Below, piece after piece: positions 18,368-25,593 of a stretch of 47,197 nucleotides of DNA. A model generated the notes under the pieces. That model did no database searches and was not told where the DNA came from. It was given only the letters and a program-made list of their open reading frames with translations. Source of the stretch: an uncultured Planctomycetales bacterium (lineage in GTDB: Bacteria; Planctomycetota; UBA1135); contig CAYXFZ010000003.1 in NCBI GenBank assembly GCA_964464385.1, positions 6,109 to 53,305 on the forward strand, in the 5' to 3' direction. Numbering within the stretch: position 1 is the first letter of the stretch; every line of letters begins with the position of its first letter. Both the position numbers and the translations under genes were made by a program.

Positions 18368-20650
18368 TCAGACCGCGGAGCCAGGGTCGCGCAGAGTGTT
18401 CAGGGCCGATCCGGCCCGCCACCAAGCAATTTGCTCTTCGTTCAGCGTGTGCTGCAAGGAACAGCGGTCTTCCGAGCCGTCTGGATGACGGAAGATGGCG
18501 ACAACATTGGAGTCCGGGGCTAGGGAGTCCAGGCCCTCGAATGAGACCGCGTCCTGTTCGCCCACGTTCTCCCAATCTGCAGGTTCAGCAAAGGTGAAGG
18601 CCAGCACACCCTGTTTTTTCAAATTGGTTTCGTGAATGCGCGCGAAGGAGCGCACGATGACGGCGGCGGCGCCCAAGTGGCGGGGACACATGGCGGCGTG
18701 TTCCCGACTGGAGCCCTCGCCGTAGTTTTCATCGCCCACTACCACCCAGGCCCTACCCGCGGCCTGGCAGGCGCGGGCCGCCTCGGGCACGGGGACATTG
18801 CCCTCGCCCGAGATGGGATTGCGGGTGGTGCCAATGCCGTTGGTGAAGGCGTTGGTGGCGCCGACAAACATGTTGTTGGAAATGCGATCCAGATGACCGC
18901 GGAATCGAAGCCACGGTCCGGCGGGCGAAATATGATCCGTCGTGGTTTTGCCGCGCGTTTTCAAGAGGAGCGGCGCGTCCTGGTAGGCGGAGTCGGCCAG
19001 GGGCACGAAGGGTGAGAGCAGTTGCAGGCGCTCGGAATCTTCGGCCACGAAAATGTCCTCGCTACTGCCACCGACGGGCGGTTCGAGGTAGCCTTGCGTT
19101 CGCGTTACGAAGCCATTCGGCGGAACTTCCGGCGCCGGCGCCGGAGCTTGCAAGCGAAAAGGGTTTCCTTCCCCGTCGGTGAGTTCGTCTCGGGTGGGGT
19201 CAAAGCTCAATTTGCCCGCAAAGGCAAAGGCCATGACGATCTCTGGCGACGCCATGAAACCCAGGGTCTCGGGGTTGGCGTCATTACGGCCGCGAAAGTT
19301 GCGGTTGAATGAGGTGATGATGGAATTCGGCGAGCCCTTTTCCATGTCGTCTCGTTGCCATTGCCCAATGCAGGGCCCACAAGAATTGGTCAGTACCGTG
19401 GCCCCAACCTTTTCCAATTGTTCCAGCAAGCCATCCCGTTCGATGGTGGCGTGCACCGTGTCGGAGCCGGGGCTGACCCAAAGTTTGGCTTGAGGGGTCG
19501 CGCCCTTGGCCAGTGCTTGGTCGCCGACATCCACAGAGCGACACAAATCTTCATAAGAAGAATTGGTGCAGGATCCGATCAAGGCGGCAGAAATACGATC
19601 CGGCCAACCTTCTTTTCCCGCCTCATCCCGAAGGGCGGAAACGGGCCGCGCCAAATCAGGTGTGTGCGGGCCGACGACGTGGGGTTCCAGTTCCGATAGG
19701 TTGATTTCCACGACTTTGTCGTAGAAGTTGTCCGGTTGCGCGGCGATTTTGGCGTCGGCTTGCAAGAGGTCGGAGTTTTGGTCGGCCAGATCTGCAAGGT
19801 CCTGGCGACCCGTGGCCCGGAGGTAGCGCGCCATGCGCTCGTCGTAGGGGAAGACGGAGCAGGTCGCCCCCAATTCGGCACCCATATTGCAAATGGTGCC
19901 CTTGCCAGTGGCGGAAAGAGAAGCGCAGCCGTCGCCGAAGTACTCGAGGACACGATTGGTGCCGCCCTTGACCGTGAGCATGCCGAGCAATTTCAGAATC
20001 ACATCTTTGGGGGCACTCCAACCGGAGAGTTCGCCAGTCAACTTCACGCCCAGGATGCGCGGCTGCAGGACTTCCCAAGGAAAACCGGCCATGACATCCA
20101 CAGCATCGGCGCCGCCGACCCCGACCGCCGCCATGCCCAGACCACCGGCATTGGGAGTGTGGGAGTCCGTGCCGACCATCATGCCGCCGGGGAAGGCGTA
20201 ATTTTCGAGGACGACTTGGTGGATGATGCCGGAGCCTGGTTTCCAGAAACCTAGGCCGTACTTGGCCGAGACCGTGCGCAAGAAGTCATAGACTTCGCCG
20301 TTTTCGGCCAAGGCGACCTTGAGATCTTCTTCGGCGCCGAGGCGCCCGAGCAAAAGATGGTCGCAGTGCACCGTGGTGGGTACCGCCGCTTCGGGACGAC
20401 CGGCCTGCATGAACTGCAGCAGGGCCATTTGCGCCGTGGCATCCTGTAGGGCAACGCGATCCGGTCGCAGCATGAGCCAGGCTTCGCCGCGCTCCAACTC
20501 TTGGCCCGCAGGATCGTCCAAGTGACCGAAGAAGAGTTTCTCGGTCAGGGTCAGCGGCTGGTCAAGCCGGCCCCGGACAACTTCCAGGGTTTTCCGAAGG
20601 CGAGCATGCGCGCTGCGCACGCTGTCCAGGGTGGATGCAATATCGGGCAT
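18368..20650 (-). CDS. Aconitate hydratase, ~760-aa mitochondrial-type
   Basis: DSHTPNAGGLG, GSCTNSSYEDL and NSCGPCIGQW (Fe-S ligand blocks), plus a swivel domain with GDENYGEGSSREHAA. Confidence 0.95.
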   Translation of the reverse strand: MPDIASTLDSVRSAHARLRKTLEVVRGRLDQPLTLTEKLFFGHLDDPAGQELERGEAWLMLRPDRVALQDATAQMALLQFMQAGRPEAAVPTTVHCDHLLLGRLGAEEDLKVALAENGEVYDFLRTVSAKYGLGFWKPGSGIIHQVVLENYAFPGGMMVGTDSHTPNAGGLGMAAVGVGGADAVDVMAGFPWEVLQPRILGVKLTGELSGWSAPKDVILKLLGMLTVKGGTNRVLEYFGDGCASLSATGKGTICNMGAELGATCSVFPYDERMARYLRATGRQDLADLADQNSDLLQADAKIAAQPDNFYDKVVEINLSELEPHVVGPHTPDLARPVSALRDEAGKEGWPDRISAALIGSCTNSSYEDLCRSVDVGDQALAKGATPQAKLWVSPGSDTVHATIERDGLLEQLEKVGATVLTNSCGPCIGQWQRDDMEKGSPNSIITSFNRNFRGRNDANPETLGFMASPEIVMAFAFAGKLSFDPTRDELTDGEGNPFRLQAPAPAPEVPPNGFVTRTQGYLEPPVGGSSEDIFVAEDSERLQLLSPFVPLADSAYQDAPLLLKTRGKTTTDHISPAGPWLRFRGHLDRISNNMFVGATNAFTNGIGTTRNPISGEGNVPVPEAARACQAAGRAWVVVGDENYGEGSSREHAAMCPRHLGAAAVIVRSFARIHETNLKKQGVLAFTFAEPADWENVGEQDAVSFEGLDSLAPDSNVVAIFRHPDGSEDRCSLQHTLNEEQIAWWRAGSALNTLRDPGSAV

Positions 20651-20659
20651 GGTCGAGGA

Positions 20660-21331
20660 TTATTCGGATACTGCCGGACCCTTCTCAAACCGCTTGAGTG
20701 GCCAAAGACCGGGGCGTTGTTCCGTTTGCAACCACTCGCGCATGGCCTTTTCCACAACTACCATTTCTTGTAAGCGCGCTCCGCGCAACATTTGCGAAAC
20801 AGCTTGTTGCGAAACCCGCAACTTCTTGGCAACGTCTCGTTGGCGGCCGAGTTCACGATAGGCCCGCACCGCATTGGCCCGGGTGTTTGTCCATTCGGCC
20901 ATCATGGTGGCGTGCAAAAATGCTGAGGCTTGTGCCAGAGTGATTTCCGGCTCGCCTCGTCCGGGCAATTGAATCAGAAAGGGAGTGCGAGAATTTTCCG
21001 CTTCGGATAAAGCCTCAAGAACCCGAGCGCGGCCGGTGCGGTCCGCAGCGGGGCCCTCGCGGTGGCCCACGGAAACCATGGCTACCCGCAAAGGGAGGGG
21101 CCAAGCCGCTTCCTGCAAAGCCACGGCAAAATCAAAGGACCGGTCGGCCTTGCGGATCACGGCGGAAACTTGTGTTTCGCCCAATTCCAAGGGGGCGGCA
21201 AACAACTCACCAAAGCGAGCGTTCAAGGACACTTCGGATCGGTAAAGAGGGGGATGCACTTCGGATCGCTTGCGGGGGTTGCGGTGCGTCGCGGCGACGG
21301 CGATTCGGGGTCCAGAAGACATCCCTTCCAT
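20660..21331 (-). CDS. SatD-like putative DNA-binding protein (C-terminal HTH)
   Basis: C-terminal EWTNTRANAVRAYRELGRQRDVAKKLRVSQQAVSQMLRGARL resembles the SatD-family/sigma-region-4-like HTH. The N-terminal half is only weakly SatD-like. Recalled from memory of the family, not searched. Confidence 0.55.
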   Translation of the reverse strand: MEGMSSGPRIAVAATHRNPRKRSEVHPPLYRSEVSLNARFGELFAAPLELGETQVSAVIRKADRSFDFAVALQEAAWPLPLRVAMVSVGHREGPAADRTGRARVLEALSEAENSRTPFLIQLPGRGEPEITLAQASAFLHATMMAEWTNTRANAVRAYRELGRQRDVAKKLRVSQQAVSQMLRGARLQEMVVVEKAMREWLQTEQRPGLWPLKRFEKGPAVSE

Positions 21332-21357
21332 CCTAACCGAAACGGTATTCTGTGCGC

Positions 21358-21552
21358 ATGCGTTTGTTCCTTACCCTTTGTGTTCTCGTCATCTTTCCCG
21401 CCTGCACATCCGAGGCATCCTCCGCCCCTGCCGTCGATCAAGAGGCCGCGGTTGTTTGTTGTGGTGGTGCTTGTGATGCCCCCGCCGGCACTTGCTGTTC
21501 CGACGGCACTTGCAATGGCGGCCACGACGAGCTGCCGCTCGCCCCGAAGTAA
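21358..21552 (+). CDS. Small Cys-rich putative lipoprotein (64 aa)
   Basis: MRLFLTLCVLVIFPAC is a signal peptide plus lipobox. The mature ~49 aa carries CC-x3-C-x6-CC-x4-C and then NGGHDE. The track ORF starts two codons earlier at GTG 21352. Confidence 0.55.
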   Translation: MRLFLTLCVLVIFPACTSEASSAPAVDQEAAVVCCGGACDAPAGTCCSDGTCNGGHDELPLAPK

Positions 21553-21559
21553 GCATGGT

Positions 21560-22519
21560 TCAGGCGCTGAGGGTGCCCAAGAGCTCTTGCGGATCTCCCA
21601 AGCGGAGCCAAGCGGCCAGCCCTCCTTCTGGCTGAAACCATCCCGCTGCTGTCATGCCCTTGACTGCCTGTTTGAGGCGTCCGGCGACCTGGCGGGGTAG
21701 GGCACCGCGGGTGGCCATGCGATCGGCGTAATCTTCCAGCCAGGCGCGTCCGGCATGGGCATCGCCGATTTCCGGCACCTTGGCCGTGCTGATGGTGCGG
21801 GCGAAGATCCAGGGGTCGGCCAGGGCGCCATGGCCAATCATGACCCCGGCACAGCCCGTTTCTGCGGGCATGGCCCGAATGCGCTCAGGCGTGTCGGCGG
21901 AGCCATTGCCAATGATGGGAATTTGCACGGCTTGCACGGCGCGGGCGATGCGGGCCCAATCCGTGGGCGCGGAATAGGGCTCAATGCGGAGGCGGCCGTG
22001 GACACAAATGGCGGTGGCACCGGCCTGTTCGATGCGTTGCACAATTTCTTCCAGGTGCTGGTCATCCTCTACGCCGGCCCGGATCTTGGACGTGACGGGA
22101 ACTGGGCAAGCATCCACCGCAGCTTTCACCAAGGAAGCGACGCGGGAGGGATCCTTCAGCAAGGCCGAGCCGGCGCCATGTTGAAAAACGCGTGGTGCGG
22201 GGCAACCGAAGTTGAGGTCCACAAAGTCGGCCCCGGCCTCGGCCGCGTTGCGCGCGGTTTCGGCAAGTACACTTTCTTCCCGCGCCATCAGTTGTATGCC
22301 GACCACAACATCAGAGCCCGAGGCCTTCTCACCCAATTCTTCGCGCAAGCGATCCACCGGCAAGGGATGGTTGGAAATGCGCAAAAACTCGGTACAAGTC
22401 GCGCCGACACTGCCCGGGTTACCCTCCACGATCAACGCGCGAAACGACCGATCCGTCACTCCTTCCATGGGCGCCAGCCACAACGGGGGATGGATCGTTC
22501 CGAAGTCGCCGAGCTTCAT
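21560..22519 (-). CDS. tRNA-dihydrouridine synthase
   Basis: LAPMEGVTDRSFR, DLNFGCPAP, TSKIR, VHGR. Trimmed to ATG 22519 (MKLGDFG...), which overlaps the gloA stop by 4 nt. Confidence 0.9.
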   Translation of the reverse strand: MKLGDFGTIHPPLWLAPMEGVTDRSFRALIVEGNPGSVGATCTEFLRISNHPLPVDRLREELGEKASGSDVVVGIQLMAREESVLAETARNAAEAGADFVDLNFGCPAPRVFQHGAGSALLKDPSRVASLVKAAVDACPVPVTSKIRAGVEDDQHLEEIVQRIEQAGATAICVHGRLRIEPYSAPTDWARIARAVQAVQIPIIGNGSADTPERIRAMPAETGCAGVMIGHGALADPWIFARTISTAKVPEIGDAHAGRAWLEDYADRMATRGALPRQVAGRLKQAVKGMTAAGWFQPEGGLAAWLRLGDPQELLGTLSA

Positions 22520-22878
22520 GTGTTGGATTCCAGAATCTCGATGTCGTAGCCGTCCGGATCGTGGACGAAGATATAAGGAGTAGAGGCCTCGGGTTTGGAG
22601 CGGCGAAACCACCAGCCGTTGGCTTCGACTTGCGCGATGACGGCCTCTAGGTCGGGGACATGGAAGGCCAAATGGCCGAATTGGTTCCCCAACTCATAGT
22701 CGCGGCCGTCGTGATTGACGGTGAGTTCCATGTGGTAGGTGCCGGCGGCATCCGTCAGGAAGACGAGGGTGGCTTCTTCACCCAGATCCTTGCGCCGGAC
22801 TTCCCGCAATCCGAGGAAGCCGAGATAAAAGTCGAGCGAAGCCGCAAGGTCGCGCACGCGAATCATGGTGTGGGCCAT
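22516..22878 (-). CDS. gloA: Lactoylglutathione lyase (glyoxalase I, VOC family)
   Basis: MAHTMIRVRDLAASLDFY...HMELTVNHDG...FGHLAFHV...FVHDPDGYDIEILE. ATG 22878 preferred over GTG 22884. Confidence 0.85.
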   Translation of the reverse strand: MAHTMIRVRDLAASLDFYLGFLGLREVRRKDLGEEATLVFLTDAAGTYHMELTVNHDGRDYELGNQFGHLAFHVPDLEAVIAQVEANGWWFRRSKPEASTPYIFVHDPDGYDIEILESNT

Positions 22879-22907
22879 TTGCACGGCGGCGATTCTAAAC
22901 TTCGGCC

Positions 22908-23630
22908 ATGAGTGCTGCGCCTTGGGAGGGGAAGACCGCCGTGATCACCGGGGCCAGCCGTGGCCTGGGTGCGGGCCTGGTGGGGGAATTTCAGACCGCT
23001 GGCTTGCGGGTGGCGGGCTGCGCACGCACCCTACCGAAAAACTGCGACTTTGCCGCGGCGGCGGATGTTTCCGACGCGGCGGCCTTGGATGCTTTTGTGG
23101 CCGAGGCCGCCCGGGAGCTGGGGTCCTTGGATCTCATGGTGCACAACGCGGGCGTCTTGGAGCCCGTTTGTGCCGTCCGGGATCTGGAGGCCGACGCATT
23201 CCGTCGGCATTTGGACATCAATCTGGTGGGTGCCTTGAATGCCTCGCGTTCTTATATGACCCATGCAGGCGGCGGGGTCCTGATTCATATTTCCAGTGGT
23301 GCGGCTTGGAGCGGCTACGCCGGGTGGGCGGCCTACTGTGCGGGGAAGGCAGGCCTGGATCGCTTGGCAGAGACGATTCAGCTGGAGGAGGCCGACTCTG
23401 GCCTGCGCGTGCATGCGGTGGCCCCCGGGGTTGTGGATACCGACATGCAAACCACCATCCGGGCCAGTGACGCCAAGGTCTTTCCCATGCTGGACAAGTT
23501 TTTGGAGATGAAGGAACAAGACAGCTTCAACACCATTCCCTTTGTGGCCAACCACCTCCTGCGCATTGCCTTCGACCCCGCCGCCCGGCCCACCGAAGTT
23601 GTCCTCCGCCTGCCCGCCGAGAAGGACTAA
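22908..23630 (+). CDS. SDR-family oxidoreductase (sepiapterin-reductase-like)
   Basis: TGASRGLG cofactor motif, NAG, and catalytic S...YCAGK. Confidence 0.85.
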   Translation: MSAAPWEGKTAVITGASRGLGAGLVGEFQTAGLRVAGCARTLPKNCDFAAAADVSDAAALDAFVAEAARELGSLDLMVHNAGVLEPVCAVRDLEADAFRRHLDINLVGALNASRSYMTHAGGGVLIHISSGAAWSGYAGWAAYCAGKAGLDRLAETIQLEEADSGLRVHAVAPGVVDTDMQTTIRASDAKVFPMLDKFLEMKEQDSFNTIPFVANHLLRIAFDPAARPTEVVLRLPAEKD

Positions 23631-24385
23631 AGGCCGCGTTCTTTTTTGACCGCGTCCCAGGCTTCGTTGATGGCGGCCATTTTTTGGCGGGCGAAGTCTT
23701 GGAAATCGTCGGCCAGTCCCTTGGAACTCAGGATGTCCGGGTGGTATTCCTTGGCCAAGCGGCGATGGGCTGCCTTGACCTCGGCATCGGTGGCGGAGTG
23801 CGGGACACCCAGGACTTCGTAGGCATCCACGGTTGTGGCGCCATGCGTGGCCTGGAAGGTGGCCTTGCAAGATTGGAAATCCCGGTCGTTCAGGCCCAAC
23901 TCAAAGGCGATCTCGCGAATGATTTCCTCTTCCTTGGCGTGAAACTCGCCGTCGGCAAAAGCAATCGCGCATAGCAAGGTAATGATGTCGTGCAGGCGAT
24001 CCGGTTGGCCGGCCAGGAGTTGCCGCACCTGAGAGGCAAACTCTGCGGTGGGGGTCGCGCTGTCGCGGGCTTGGTTGAACACTTGGGAAGCAACGGCGCG
24101 GTCCTCGCGGGAGAGGCCGACGGCGCTCCCCAGAAAATGATCAAAGGTGCGAATCTCTTCTTGCGTGACCGCGCCATCGGCCTTTGCAACCTTCGCCGCT
24201 AGGCTGGTCAGAGCAAGGGCAAAGACCATCTGCAAATCTTGCGCCGAGCGCGAGAGGCGTCGGGGATCCATACGAGTGGCCGTGTTGCTCACGGAAGAGC
24301 CCATGGCCGCACCAAGCACGGCACCCAAGGGGCCTCCCAGCATCATGCCAATGCCCCCCCCCAACAAGCCGCCGAAGATGCCCAT
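23627..24385 (-). CDS. djlA: DjlA-like co-chaperone (Gly-rich TM, TerB-like domain, C-terminal J domain)
   Basis: MGIFGGLLGGGIGMMLGGPLG anchor; central TerB-like repeat region; C-terminal DAYEVLGV...EYHPD J domain. The longer track ORF (to 24571) is Arg-rich junk. Confidence 0.8.
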   Translation of the reverse strand: MGIFGGLLGGGIGMMLGGPLGAVLGAAMGSSVSNTATRMDPRRLSRSAQDLQMVFALALTSLAAKVAKADGAVTQEEIRTFDHFLGSAVGLSREDRAVASQVFNQARDSATPTAEFASQVRQLLAGQPDRLHDIITLLCAIAFADGEFHAKEEEIIREIAFELGLNDRDFQSCKATFQATHGATTVDAYEVLGVPHSATDAEVKAAHRRLAKEYHPDILSSKGLADDFQDFARQKMAAINEAWDAVKKERGL

Positions 24386-24417
24386 AGCGATAGGATAACC
24401 AGCCTTCGTTCCCGCCC

Positions 24418-24531
24418 ATGAACAAACTCTTCTTTGCCGTTTATGCCCTCGTGTTTTTGGTCTGCGCCGTCCAGCCGTACGATCGCGAAGTTTGGTGGTC
24501 GGAAAACTTTCCCATCGTTGGCTTCCTCTGA
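24418..24531 (+). pseudogene. 37-codon ORF, probable truncated gene remnant (signal peptide or DUF2238/YjdF-like N-terminus)
   Basis: ATG 24418: MNKLFFAVYALVFLVCAVQPYDREVWWSENFPIVGFL*. The A-V-x-P-x-D-x-x-x-W-x-x-E-x-x-P pattern recalls DUF2238 N-termini, but none of the remaining ~160 aa follows in any frame. Confidence 0.3.
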
Positions 24532-24800
24532 CGGTTACTAAGGCAACCGAGGACATCCGCGACCAGGACATTGTTTGGAGCGTGAACGGACACGAGATCT
24601 ACGATCCTGCCCAGTTCAGCAAACTCTGGAAAGAGCGAGCCAAGAACCGCCCTACTGAGTTGGTTCTCATTCGCTCCTCTCCCTCTTTCCATGACCCGTA
24701 CTGGAAACGTTGGTTCGTGCGCACAGTGATTGCTCCTGGCAGCGTGACTTCCATTTCTGTTCCGATCGGTCTCACGCGCCACGCGAGCCTGCGCGACTGA
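24492..24800 (+). CDS. Hypothetical 102-aa ORF, TTG start only, weakly PDZ-like; possibly a frameshifted continuation of the 24418 ORF
   Basis: No in-frame ATG; the frame opens at 24399 after a TAA. DIVWSVNGHEIYDPAQFSKLW...ELVLIRS resembles a PDZ strand-helix-strand. Followed by a GC-rich imperfect palindrome and T6 (24771-24809). Confidence 0.25.
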   Translation: MVVGKLSHRWLPLTVTKATEDIRDQDIVWSVNGHEIYDPAQFSKLWKERAKNRPTELVLIRSSPSFHDPYWKRWFVRTVIAPGSVTSISVPIGLTRHASLRD

Positions 24801-24819
24801 GGGTTTTTTCGGGTCCGAT

Positions 24820-25593
24820 TCAGACCTCGATGGCCGGGGCGGGGGTCTTCTTGTTGCGGCGGAAGAGTTTGCCGAGCAGCCAGGCGATGGGGTCGTAGAA
24901 GCGATCCACGACCCGTTCCTTCAGGGGAATGATGGCGTTGTCGGTGATGCCGATGTGTTCGGGGCAGACGTCGGTGCAGCAACGGGTGATGTTGCACAAT
25001 CCCGATCCGAATTCTTTGCGGATGGCGGGAATGCGGTCGGCAGTGTCGGCCGGGTGCATTTCAAGTCCCGCAAGCTGAATCATGAACCGCGGGCCGACAA
25101 ACTTCTCGTGTTGGTCGTGGTCGCGCAACACGTGGCAGACATCCTGGCATAGGAAGCACTCAATGCATTTGCGGAATTCCTGAACCCGATCTACGTCTTC
25201 CTGCTTCATCCGCAGACCCTTTCCGTCGGGTGCCTCTTCCGGCTGGAAGGGCGGAATACGCCGGTTTTGGGTGTAGTTCCAGCTCACATCGGTCACCAGG
25301 TCCCGGATCAAAGGAAAGGCTTTGATCGGCTGCACCGTGATGGTGGCTTCCGGGTCGTAATCGGAAAGTCGCGTCATGCAAGCCAACTTAGGTTTGCCGT
25401 CAATTTCCATGCTGCAAGAGCCACACTTGCCCGCCTTGCAGTTCCAACGCACGGCCAGATCACCGGCCTGATCCGCCTGAATCCGCAATACGGCGTCGAG
25501 CACGACCATGCCCTCGCCACACTCGACGGTGTAATCTTGAAATTCGCCCTCTTGGACATCGCCGCGCCAGACCTGGAAGGTACGCAGACTCAA
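24820..25593 (-). CDS. sdhB: Succinate dehydrogenase/fumarate reductase iron-sulfur subunit
   Basis: 2Fe-2S CKAGKCGSCSMEIDGKPKLAC; 4Fe-4S/3Fe-4S CIECFLCQDVC and CTDVCP. Confidence 0.95.
   Translation of the reverse strand: MSLRTFQVWRGDVQEGEFQDYTVECGEGMVVLDAVLRIQADQAGDLAVRWNCKAGKCGSCSMEIDGKPKLACMTRLSDYDPEATITVQPIKAFPLIRDLVTDVSWNYTQNRRIPPFQPEEAPDGKGLRMKQEDVDRVQEFRKCIECFLCQDVCHVLRDHDQHEKFVGPRFMIQLAGLEMHPADTADRIPAIRKEFGSGLCNITRCCTDVCPEHIGITDNAIIPLKERVVDRFYDPIAWLLGKLFRRNKKTPAPAIEV

Noticed and set aside
24480-24500. Programmed -1 ribosomal frameshift joining the 24418 and 24492 ORFs.
   Set aside because: No X-XXY-YYZ slippery heptamer is visible in the overlap (TCG GAA AAC TTT does not qualify), and no obvious downstream pseudoknot. 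A mutation or sequencing indel, or unrelated fragments, is more parsimonious.
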